From contig JAJRZD010000114.1 of assembly GCA_024275415.1 (NCBI GenBank), positions 30,001 through 62,000 of the forward strand: a stretch of DNA of 32,000 nucleotides, written 5' to 3'. The DNA is from an archaeon. Lineage in GTDB: Archaea; Asgardarchaeota; Thorarchaeia; Thorarchaeales; Thorarchaeaceae. Of this stretch, positions 9,404 to 17,709 are shown piece by piece. The translations under genes were made by a program, and so were the position numbers. How positions within the stretch are numbered: position 1 is the stretch's first letter; each line of letters begins with the position of its first letter. Below the pieces are notes generated by a model. That model saw only the letters and a program-made list of their open reading frames with translations. It made no database searches and was not told the DNA's origin.

Positions 9404-10084
9404 CTACCAGTTGAGTTTGATTCTCCATTGGCTCCGATCCGTGCCTTGCATACTTGGGACGTATTCGATGGGGTTGTATGGCATATCAATTCCAGTGGAT
9501 TTCTTTATCATTAGGTAGTGTTTTCCCCGTGCAGTGGTCAAAGTGATGATTCCTTGTGCCAGGGAGAACAGCTGATTCATTGTGACAGAATCAGCAGTGT
9601 CAGAATGGATGAGATAGAACTCTATTGAACCCGTCTTGATGCTTTCCTCCACGCTTTCCTTGAAGAACTGCACAACATCCCGTGGAGTGAAATCGATGAG
9701 GAGAGGCGTCAGAGCCTCAAATGTGACAACATTGGGAGAGAGCATGTTCCTTAGGCTTCGCATCATGATATTGATCTCGTGGAGATGAGGCGAACAAGTA
9801 TGGTTGCCAAGTGTTTTTTGTCCGTAATTGACTTCAAGGATATGGAACGAATCGCTCTGCAGTCTGGTCATGTGTTCCATGAGCTGTCGGTTTCTTGCCT
9901 CAGTCACGACATTCAAGGTCTTCATCCCGTTCTCCAATGCGCTGTGGATTAGGGTAGACATGAACAGGTCATAATGGCTTTCTTGTGACGCCATAACTAG
10001 ATAGACATAGCCATTAGGAGGTTTGACCAGTAGACGGTCAACTATGGAAGGGGCCATCTCATTATTCAGGGATACTCCCGTCAT
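9404..10084 (-). CDS. Degenerate RecA/RAD55/KaiC-like domain protein (no Walker A)
   Basis: VTFEALTPLL, LFSLAQGIITL and YLMIKKSTG resemble the KaiC-domain C-terminal half. No GxxxxGK[ST]. SD GAGGT upstream. Confidence 0.65.
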   Translation of the reverse strand: MTGVSLNNEMAPSIVDRLLVKPPNGYVYLVMASQESHYDLFMSTLIHSALENGMKTLNVVTEARNRQLMEHMTRLQSDSFHILEVNYGQKTLGNHTCSPHLHEINIMMRSLRNMLSPNVVTFEALTPLLIDFTPRDVVQFFKESVEESIKTGSIEFYLIHSDTADSVTMNQLFSLAQGIITLTTARGKHYLMIKKSTGIDMPYNPIEYVPSMQGTDRSQWRIKLNW

Positions 10085-10098
10085 CTAGTGATTACCTC

Positions 10099-10470
10099 TT
10101 ACTCCTCAAGTCCAAGATGTTTTCTTATAGTCGCAACCAATGCCTTTCCTGAAAAAGGCTTAACAATATATTCGTCTGCACCGGCTTCCTTTCCTTCCTT
10201 GATGTCCTTTGTAAGCCCTTTCGCTGTGAACATGATGATGGGGATTGTCTTGAACTCATCCCTAGCCTTCAGACGCCGGCATACTTCAAACCCATCGATC
10301 TTTGGCAGCATCACATCCAGCAATATCAAGTCCGGCTTATTTTCAATGGCAATGTCAAACGCTGCTTCACCGTCATATGCACAGATGACTTGAAACCCAT
10401 GCTTCTCCAGGAACCTCTTTGCCAGTTCGGTCGTTATTTCCTCGTCATCAACGACTAGTATCTTTTTCAC
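10099..10470 (-). CDS. Stand-alone response regulator receiver (CheY-like), canonical
   Basis: VVDD, LLD (phospho-Asp), FTA and KPF are all intact. Probable GTG start at 10470 (the ORF track starts at 10488). Confidence 0.95.
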   Translation of the reverse strand: MKKILVVDDEEITTELAKRFLEKHGFQVICAYDGEAAFDIAIENKPDLILLDVMLPKIDGFEVCRRLKARDEFKTIPIIMFTAKGLTKDIKEGKEAGADEYIVKPFSGKALVATIRKHLGLEE

Positions 10471-10480
10471 ATCAGTTTCC

Positions 10481-11866
10481 TCACACAATTGGCATCAATT
10501 CGTAGTCCAAGAACCCTCCTGAGAGCAGTTGCCGGATAGCAAGATAGTTCGTTCTAGGCGAAACCCCACAGATGCTTAACACTCCACATATCTCCTGTAC
10601 TCGCAAGTGAATGTTATGCGAGATTGACTCACTGCGAATCCCCTGCTCCCGACTGAGGATTGCGATGGTCGTACGGTTGGTCGATGAAAGCGCAGTAGAC
10701 ATCTCAGCCAGCAGCCCTCTGACAACATTAGCTCCGTACATGTTCTCAAGCGTGTCCAGTGCAAAGAGCTCCGTGACTTCCTGATTGAACTTCCGTTCGA
10801 GCACATCTACCTCATACCTGATCTCTTGCAATGTCTTTAACGGATCCAAGTCCAGGTTCCTCGAGTTCGGATATGTCCCAATAGATTGCCTTCCGAAGAA
10901 GACCACTCGTTCGTCCACATGGCTCCTATCGATGAACTGTGTCAGGCTCTTGCTGAACGTTTCAGGAGACCAGCCTTCGGGAAGTAGAATCACTGCTGAG
11001 CGCCCCTGCTGTAAATGGTTCGATAGAAATGGGATATAAATGGTTTCCAGATAGGGAACTGATAAGTCATCCACCTCGATTAGCGTGACCTTGCCCTTTG
11101 GGAACCCACCAGACAAGAGTTTGTCCAAGCTTTCATTCCCGGTGGAGATGTACGCACTGGAGGGGTCTGGTATTGGTTCTCGCTCAACAGTGATTGCGGG
11201 GTATTCATGCTGGTACCATGGTAGGTATGTGAAACGCCCTTCGTGCAACGTGAACAGGTACGAGTCCTGATTGACAGGGTGCGCGCGCATCTTGTCGATG
11301 ATTGCCTGTCGATACATCCGCTGCCCATCACGGATCTTTTCTAGCTGGATGATCCCATCCGCAGAGTGTAATAATGAGAGTTCGTGCTCACCTTTCATTC
11401 CCTTTTCAACAATCAGAATCAGCTTCTTCATTTCTCGCCGTGCAGCATGGATCAGGGCTTGCTGAATGGAATACATCTTAGATGGCTCTAGCATATGCAT
11501 GAAATCAGACCATGAGTCAATGATGACGATCTCAGACTGGGGAATATCCTGTGATGAGTTCACCAATACACTGAGAGCTTCATGCAGGGAATCGATATCA
11601 GTTGGAATCTGTTCCATCCGTTGTCCATAATGCATCCGAAAACGCCGTTCACTCCAGTTAGGAACATCCTTTGATAGGCAAAAGTCCACGGCACTGATGT
11701 TCTCCGCACTCGTGATTATGATCTGCGAGTCAGGATAGTTTCTTATGAGCTCATGTGCAAACAAGGACTTTCCCGTGCCCGGTAGACCACGTACAACTAG
11801 GACATAGCCGTGTTCTTCTGATAGTACCTCTTTGATGCTAGGAGGCAATCCACCAGTTGTACTCAT
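10481..11866 (-). CDS. Two-domain KaiC/RAD55 ATPase, GvpD-like (N domain intact, C domain degenerate)
   Basis: GLPGTGKS, IIDSW, SADGIIQL and KMR in domain 1. Domain 2 starts STGNESLDKLLSGGFPKG but lacks the Walker A GKS. Confidence 0.85.
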   Translation of the reverse strand: MSTTGGLPPSIKEVLSEEHGYVLVVRGLPGTGKSLFAHELIRNYPDSQIIITSAENISAVDFCLSKDVPNWSERRFRMHYGQRMEQIPTDIDSLHEALSVLVNSSQDIPQSEIVIIDSWSDFMHMLEPSKMYSIQQALIHAARREMKKLILIVEKGMKGEHELSLLHSADGIIQLEKIRDGQRMYRQAIIDKMRAHPVNQDSYLFTLHEGRFTYLPWYQHEYPAITVEREPIPDPSSAYISTGNESLDKLLSGGFPKGKVTLIEVDDLSVPYLETIYIPFLSNHLQQGRSAVILLPEGWSPETFSKSLTQFIDRSHVDERVVFFGRQSIGTYPNSRNLDLDPLKTLQEIRYEVDVLERKFNQEVTELFALDTLENMYGANVVRGLLAEMSTALSSTNRTTIAILSREQGIRSESISHNIHLRVQEICGVLSICGVSPRTNYLAIRQLLSGGFLDYELMPIV

Positions 11867-11958
11867 GCAATGATCCCCTGTCAGAATCCCTTTTTTCTTT
11901 ACGACTTATATACATAAGTGGGGTCTTGATTCTGTGTAATCGTATCGAATGAGCAGCT

Positions 11959-13560
11959 CTATTTAGAGATTCTTTGTAGAAACTCAATAAAATACGGGCA
12001 CAATGAGCCTTTCCAGAATAGATTGCCCATACATCCCGTACGTGAAATATCTCTTACAACACGACATTCGAAATTCCTTTCACAGTTAAAGAATATGCAC
12101 TGATCACTCGTAACGGACTCGTCTTGAAGTATCCTTGCTCGTAGAGATTGCATCGGTTTGCTATCTGAACTGTTGACCCACAAGTCTGGGCTACCAAGCT
12201 GCTCACGCACCAACTCTATCTCGCTATCTTCGACTGGTTCTGCAATTGCCAGCTTAGTAACAATCAAGCTGACACGAGTATTGAAGGCATCAATGTAGTC
12301 GTTTGCATCCTCGGCATACTTCAACGCTTCAGCGTGATTTAGGAGAGATTCCTCGTATCTCTCTTGCATGAAATAGGTGTCTGCAATTTGGGATGTCACA
12401 ATGGCCCTGGCATCTTTCATCCCAGAACAGGTAAGTATTCTTTTGCATTCATGGTAGTACTGCAAGGCCTTTTCAAAATCCCCTCGTTGGAATGCCACAT
12501 CGCCTAAATTGACCGTTGCAAAGGCGATTCCACGCATGTACTCGGCTTCTTGGCTGATCTCCAGCGCTCGACGATTGTAGGATTCCATCTGATCGAACTG
12601 ACCGAGACCTCTGTCAATCTCACCTACATTAATCAACGTCCGAGCGAGACCTATCTCATTGTTGAGTTGCTGTTGTATCAGGAGGATGTCCTCAAAATGG
12701 TCGCGCGCCTCTTGATGGAACCCACATTCCAACAGGAGTACTCCGAGAAGATTCTTGGCATCTGCAAGTCCTTCAAGATATCCCATTCGCTCATAGCGTC
12801 GAATTGCTTCCCGAGCTATATCCATCGCCCGCTCGTATTCTTTTGACTTGTGAAGTACCATCGCCCGGAGATAGAAGACATCAGTCTGGGCAAGTCTATG
12901 GTCTAGCACTCTTGCAGTTTCCTCTGCGGAGTCAAGTCGTACCAATGCTTCTTCATGGGCTCTCCGTTGGATGTCGACATATGCCATCTGGATCCTAGCC
13001 CGCAGAAGAGCTGCCTGCACCTTGGAACGAATTTCAACGGTCTTTGCAGTTTCTTTTGTAACTTTCTCTATCCCTTCGGATGCCGTTTCCTTTGCCTTGT
13101 CTGTGTATCCGAGATAGGCGAGGATATATGCAAGCTGACCAGAGAGCTCCGCAAATCCGATATAATCCTTTGACTGCCATGCCTGATTTACGTATGTCCT
13201 GAGGTTGTTCACCCAACGTGGGTCTAGGCGTTGCCTGCAATACGCAGCTGCTGCATAACCCCTGCACATGATATTATCAGTACCCTTTGCAAGAACCTGA
13301 TTGTATCCATACATCCCCCTCAAATATGCCGCTTTCGCACACATCGATAGGAACCCTTCACTCAGGTTATACCATTCTCCAGCACCTATATACTCCAGAA
13401 GGACATCAGTGAAAATCATGAATCTGTCCTTTCCAATCCTGTTGCTCACTGAAAGATGCCGGACTATCTCATCTTGTTCAGATTCTGTAATCCGGTCCTC
13501 ATACATCGCGAACTCCGGGATTATGGGATTGTCCGTCAATTTTCCTCTACTCTCAAGCAT
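11959..13560 (-). CDS. Tetratricopeptide-repeat protein with Cys-rich C-terminal tail
   Basis: Repeated TPR units (GLADAKNLLG, GLARTLINVGEI, GIAFATVNLGDV). Start at ATG 13560 or 13506; the track's 13821 start overlaps the opposite-strand ATPase. Confidence 0.85.
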   Translation of the reverse strand: MLESRGKLTDNPIIPEFAMYEDRITESEQDEIVRHLSVSNRIGKDRFMIFTDVLLEYIGAGEWYNLSEGFLSMCAKAAYLRGMYGYNQVLAKGTDNIMCRGYAAAAYCRQRLDPRWVNNLRTYVNQAWQSKDYIGFAELSGQLAYILAYLGYTDKAKETASEGIEKVTKETAKTVEIRSKVQAALLRARIQMAYVDIQRRAHEEALVRLDSAEETARVLDHRLAQTDVFYLRAMVLHKSKEYERAMDIAREAIRRYERMGYLEGLADAKNLLGVLLLECGFHQEARDHFEDILLIQQQLNNEIGLARTLINVGEIDRGLGQFDQMESYNRRALEISQEAEYMRGIAFATVNLGDVAFQRGDFEKALQYYHECKRILTCSGMKDARAIVTSQIADTYFMQERYEESLLNHAEALKYAEDANDYIDAFNTRVSLIVTKLAIAEPVEDSEIELVREQLGSPDLWVNSSDSKPMQSLRARILQDESVTSDQCIFFNCERNFECRVVRDISRTGCMGNLFWKGSLCPYFIEFLQRISK

Positions 13561-13692
13561 TTCTGGAAAGAACCCAGATTCAAACCCGTACACAGGAATC
13601 AAAAGCGTTCTAGTGATTCCTTTCGCATGAACATAGGCAAGCAAATAAGTAATATATTTGAAGCTATGATGAATTAGGACTGAGAGGATGCA

Positions 13693-14448
13693 ATGGCGAA
13701 AGAGAGAATCAGCAGCGGAATTCAGGGGCTGGATCAGATACTTAATGGCGGCTACATCAAAGGACGCTCCATGCTCATTGCAGGGGGTCCTGGAACCGGC
13801 AAGAGCATCATCGCATGGCATTTCATCTTCGACGCGATAGATAATGGAGAAAGTGCAATCCTTCTCTCACTCGATGAGCCATCAGACCTTATCATAGACG
13901 ACATGAAATCCTTCGGTTGGGATCCAGAGAAGGCCATATCGGATGGCAGGCTTACAATCCTTAGCGGCACGCTCAAGCTGGTGCCTTCAGGTTCGGGATA
14001 CTAGTATCTGATATCTTTCGAACATCCCCTATTCAGAGAGAAACCATTCACCATACCCCGACTGGCTGAACTGGTCAAGCAAAAGGCTGCTGAAACCAAG
14101 GCATCTCGGATTGTCGTCGATGGACTAGCACCCTTACTAGAGTTTGCAGGGAGCCGGTTTGAGATACGGCAAACAGTCTATACCTTCATGAGAGAGTTGA
14201 TATCCCATGATTCCACAGTCCTTCTCACCCACGAGCTGAGGACCCTCAGTGGATCTCAGAACGACGAGATGCCCTACTTCATCTCTGATGGCGTCATAAA
14301 GCTGGACACTCTGTATGCAACCGGCGATTACATTCGGACACTACGTATTGTAAAGCTGCGTGGGACTAACCATTCGATGAAGCCTGCCATGTTCAGGATA
14401 CAGGATGATGGCGTCGCTGTCTTCCCTGAAGCTAGAATACCTGAATGA
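13693..14448 (+). pseudogene. Single-domain KaiC/RAD55-like ATPase interrupted by an in-frame TAG at 14002-14004 (nonsense allele, read error or read-through)
   Basis: ORFs 13693..14004 and 14188..14448 are in the same frame, and the intervening sequence is open and encodes Walker B RIVVDG. Joined product is 251 aa with GGPGTGKS, SDGVIKL and KLRG. Confidence 0.85.
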
Positions 14449-14449
14449 A

Positions 14450-14818
14450 TCATAGGACAGGCTGCACTTTTCTCATCAGGTCGATCAGGTCAAACATTGA
14501 GAAAGGCTTGAGTAAGAACCCTCTGGCTCCCGCGAAGAAGACCTGGTCGCTGGAATCGTCCACAAATTCCGCCATGGCAATAATCGAGATGTGTGCATCG
14601 ATGTCAAGAATCTTCTCAATCGTTCGCATTTGCTCGGACTCTGATATCGAGAGATCAAGTAGCACAATTCCGACCTTATGACTGCTGCAATAGGCTAAGA
14701 GGTCTTCCTCAGTGTCCGGCTCTCCAACCACCGTGTACCCTGCCTCTTCTACAGCCATCCGAACCAACGACCTCAGAAGTGGAACATCACCAGCTATTAC
14801 AACATTCAAAGGATTCAC
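14450..14818 (-). CDS. Stand-alone receiver domain, atypical
   Basis: Receiver fold with LLD and KPF, but AGD replaces DD and Ala occupies the switch Ser/Thr position (IIAMAE). Confidence 0.85.
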   Translation of the reverse strand: MNPLNVVIAGDVPLLRSLVRMAVEEAGYTVVGEPDTEEDLLAYCSSHKVGIVLLDLSISESEQMRTIEKILDIDAHISIIAMAEFVDDSSDQVFFAGARGFLLKPFSMFDLIDLMRKVQPVL

Positions 14819-14863
14819 CTTTCAAGTGCCTGAATAGTACCACATCTGTAACACATTAATGGT

Positions 14864-15226
14864 TTACTCTGACACAGCGGTTTCAATCAGATCCAGCATA
14901 TGCCGAATCGTGACAGGTTTGAGACCAAAACTAACCGCACCACCCTTCATTGCCTCTTCTCTGACGTTCGCATCTGCACTGATGAACACAATCTTCGCGT
15001 TCGGCTCGATCTCTAAAAGTTCCTTCATAGCCTCCAGCCCATCCTTGTTAGGCATGCGATGGTCGAGGATGAGAACGTCTGGCTTTGGCTCCATCTCTCG
15101 ATATTTCTGCACGGCTTCCTCTCCATCAAAGGCATCTGCGACCACTTCATGCCCCTTGATCGCAAATACGTCCTTGTAAAGCCTGTGAAGAATCGGTTCG
15201 TCATCGATTATGAATATGGATACCAT
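14864..15226 (-). CDS. Stand-alone response regulator receiver (CheY-like), canonical
   Basis: IIDD, LILDHRMP..DG, ISA and KP. Confidence 0.95.
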   Translation of the reverse strand: MVSIFIIDDEPILHRLYKDVFAIKGHEVVADAFDGEEAVQKYREMEPKPDVLILDHRMPNKDGLEAMKELLEIEPNAKIVFISADANVREEAMKGGAVSFGLKPVTIRHMLDLIETAVSE

Positions 15227-16186
15227 AGGGGTGTTCCTGCCTGTTGGATGAATGCATCTAACATATCTCTCAGCTAGACGCCCTGTGGGTTCATATCATC
15301 GAGATAGTTAAAGCTTGGCGTTACATCATCCATATCCTTCTCTGATGTGATATAAAAATGAACTTGTGATTTCATAGCCAATTGTCATTCTCTACACTCA
15401 ATTCCTTTCTAAAAATACCAGTTTCTATCCCTCAGACTGGATCCATGCCCTAGTGAGGTTTCCCTCAATTGCCGTCCAATCCACTAAATGTTATTAACTA
15501 TATTTAATACGCAGTCACACTGTAAGATATTATTATCATTTGATTTTTTAATACAAATGCCTCATAATACCTTTGAATATGTTATATCTAAAGGAATAGA
15601 TGTATAGAGATATATTTGTTAAAATATTGATGATGGAAATAATATCAGATGAAGTTCGAATCTAATCATGAAGAGATCAATGATGTACAAAAGCCCTCTC
15701 TATTTCTATATTCACATTCTGAATACAGTTAGGTAGCAAACAGGCAGGTACATCGAAAAATCATACTCATTTACCGTGTATTGGCACTATTTACCGAGGT
15801 TAACCCCCATTATTTTGTCCCGAAAACAGGACATAGATTATATGACACAAAAAGTGAGTATGTGGGTCTTTTGTGGACTAGTCCTGCATAGTGATCTTGC
15901 AGAACGAACTCCGTAATGGAATACACAACCCTCCATTAAGCATTTAATTGAAATAATCAACGATGTATATTTACGATTATATATATTTCCTATAATGGTA
16001 TAAGTTTGTACCAGTATATCTCAAAACCAAAACATGAAACATCTATCTAAAAGTATAGATGATTAATGAATTGAGTGTTCCACAGACGATTTATCTAACT
16101 GTCATTTCAGCAAACAACCATTATAGAAAAATATTTTCTCTGCGGAATTCACACTCTATTGACATTCGGTAAACATGGGAGGTATG

Positions 16187-16609
16187 TCAAAAATCAAGGA
16201 TATCTATGCCAGATCCGTTCAATGCAGTGCCCAGTTCCGTAATGAACTTCTTGGACTCATTCAGATGGTCAAAAACCACGTTTTTGATTGTTATAAAATC
16301 GACCTCGCCATACCTATAGAGTATCATATTCCTCAATCTTGTTGCTTGTTTCATATTCATAGCTGTTTCAGAGGTGATCAAAGACCTTTGTGCTAAGATC
16401 TTGAATGCATTAGAGCAAGTATCCGGAGTTTCCCCTCCAAGTCTTCCTAGCACCTTTAGGGTCAAGTCGATTGTGCCTTGAATAGATGAATACAAATTCC
16501 ATAGTACAAAGGATTGAAGTCTAGAATCCTGGCTTAATGAAGCAACATCAATGTCCCTTACTTCTTCCAGTCGGTCTAGTGATTGGGTGATTAGATTGAT
16601 CAATGCCAA
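16187..16609 (-). CDS. hepT: HEPN / DUF86 toxin (HepT-like) with catalytic His replaced by Tyr
   Basis: DUF86 pattern (LYSSIQGTIDL...NAFKILAQ). The motif reads RNMILYRY rather than RX4HXY. Coupled to the upstream MNT gene. Confidence 0.8.
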   Translation of the reverse strand: MALINLITQSLDRLEEVRDIDVASLSQDSRLQSFVLWNLYSSIQGTIDLTLKVLGRLGGETPDTCSNAFKILAQRSLITSETAMNMKQATRLRNMILYRYGEVDFITIKNVVFDHLNESKKFITELGTALNGSGIDILDF

Positions 16610-16988
16610 GACGTTTCCTCACAGCTTGTTTGTATATCTCAAATGAGTCTTTAAAGTCAAGCCCTTCAATCAAAGCATTCGTGTAGAATTCAGTATGTAC
16701 CTTATTGCTTCTAGTGAATAGCAGAATGCCTTCAGAAACCACCTTCAACTTAAGAAGTGGAGGGGCATGATTGAGAATAACAAGATCCACATTGTCGCCA
16801 ACAACATCTGAGGTGGAATTCAAGATATCGATGAATTTCCCTGAAGTGTATTCATCTAAGAATACCGCAACATCAACATCACTGAATGGATGTGTCTGGT
16901 TTCTTGCTACAGATCCGAATAGATATGCGAATACTACATGCTCGTTCTTTTTCAGCTCTGCACGCAATGTTACAGCAATGTCGACCAT
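16548..16988 (-). CDS. mntA: Minimal nucleotidyltransferase antitoxin (MntA-like)
   Basis: AYLFGS-X10-DVD motif, VDLVILN and PPLLK. Probable ATG 16988. Confidence 0.9.
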   Translation of the reverse strand: MVDIAVTLRAELKKNEHVVFAYLFGSVARNQTHPFSDVDVAVFLDEYTSGKFIDILNSTSDVVGDNVDLVILNHAPPLLKLKVVSEGILLFTRSNKVHTEFYTNALIEGLDFKDSFEIYKQAVRKRLGIDQSNHPITRPTGRSKGH

Positions 16989-17287
16989 TGTCACACATCT
17001 ATCAGGAGATGATAGATTTGACACAAATAAGTCCGAGCTATCGAAATCGACCATTGTACTCATGACAGTGGTCTGAGGTTCAAGGCCGACACATGAGACC
17101 ATTGACAACTAGGGATACGGTTCGCAAAGGAAATGAGTGCGTTGACGGTGGTCTAAGTCTGATATATGGCGGTGAAAGACATAATGCCCGTATTACATCA
17201 TCTAAAATATTTGTATGGTGTCGTCAGTGTGGGGAAATACTGCTAAACTGTTATTGATCCGAAAGGGATCCAAAACCTCACTACTGA

Positions 17288-17497
17288 TGAAACGTGTACG
17301 ATATGAACCCAACGTGTACTATTCACTATATCTCAGTGATAACGTGTACTGTCCACAATTAATCCTTCGTTTGAAGCGTTAATATTGCCGTCTAATAGGT
17401 ATTCATCAAAACAGTACACGTAGGGTGGTCTAACAGGTAAACATGGATGTACTCTCACGGTAGGTGGATGTACTCGTGAGCCTCTGTAAACGTGTTG
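17288..17497. promoter_or_regulatory. Cluster of five GTAMACGTKTAC-like sites, plus a TGGATGTACTC direct repeat
   Basis: AACGTGTAC at 17291, 17311 and 17341. Inverted copies GTACACGT at 17414 and GTAAACGT at 17486. TGGATGTACTC at 17444 and 17465. Confidence 0.6.
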
Positions 17498-17709
17498 CGA
17501 TCCATATGATTTCCATTCTCCGATATCGGTCCCGTGTGAGAAGTCGATAATACCCTCCTACAAGGTACCCCTCTGTTTCATGAAATGTGGTGGTAAGTTT
17601 CATCCATTTGCGAATGTTGGAAGATAGGTCTCTTGGACTCGCCATGCTCAAAAGTCATAAGACCATCTTGATAAGGACGACATTCATCCACAAGAATTGA
17701 GGGAATCAG

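Noticed and set aside
13561-13821. N-terminal 87 aa of the 620-aa ORF in the track
   Set aside because: It overlaps the opposite-strand ATPase and its promoter gap; an internal ATG (13560 or 13506) is more plausible.
9404-14448. Circadian Kai clock or gas-vesicle operon
   Set aside because: No kaiA or kaiB, no S/T phosphosites at the KaiC position, and no gvpA or other structural gvp genes.
15227-16186. Replication origin
   Set aside because: No ORB-like TCCA-GTGGAAA-GGGG boxes were seen, and no cdc6/orc1 gene is adjacent.
17112-17170. c-di-GMP-I riboswitch or tRNA fragment (CGCAAAG...GGTGGTCTAA)
   Set aside because: The spacing is too long, the upstream GNRA arm is absent, and no T-arm or acceptor stem can be folded.
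17291-17349. CRISPR-like array from the AACGTGTAC repeats
   Set aside because: The repeat is only 9 bp, the spacers are 11 and 21 bp, and there are no cas genes.
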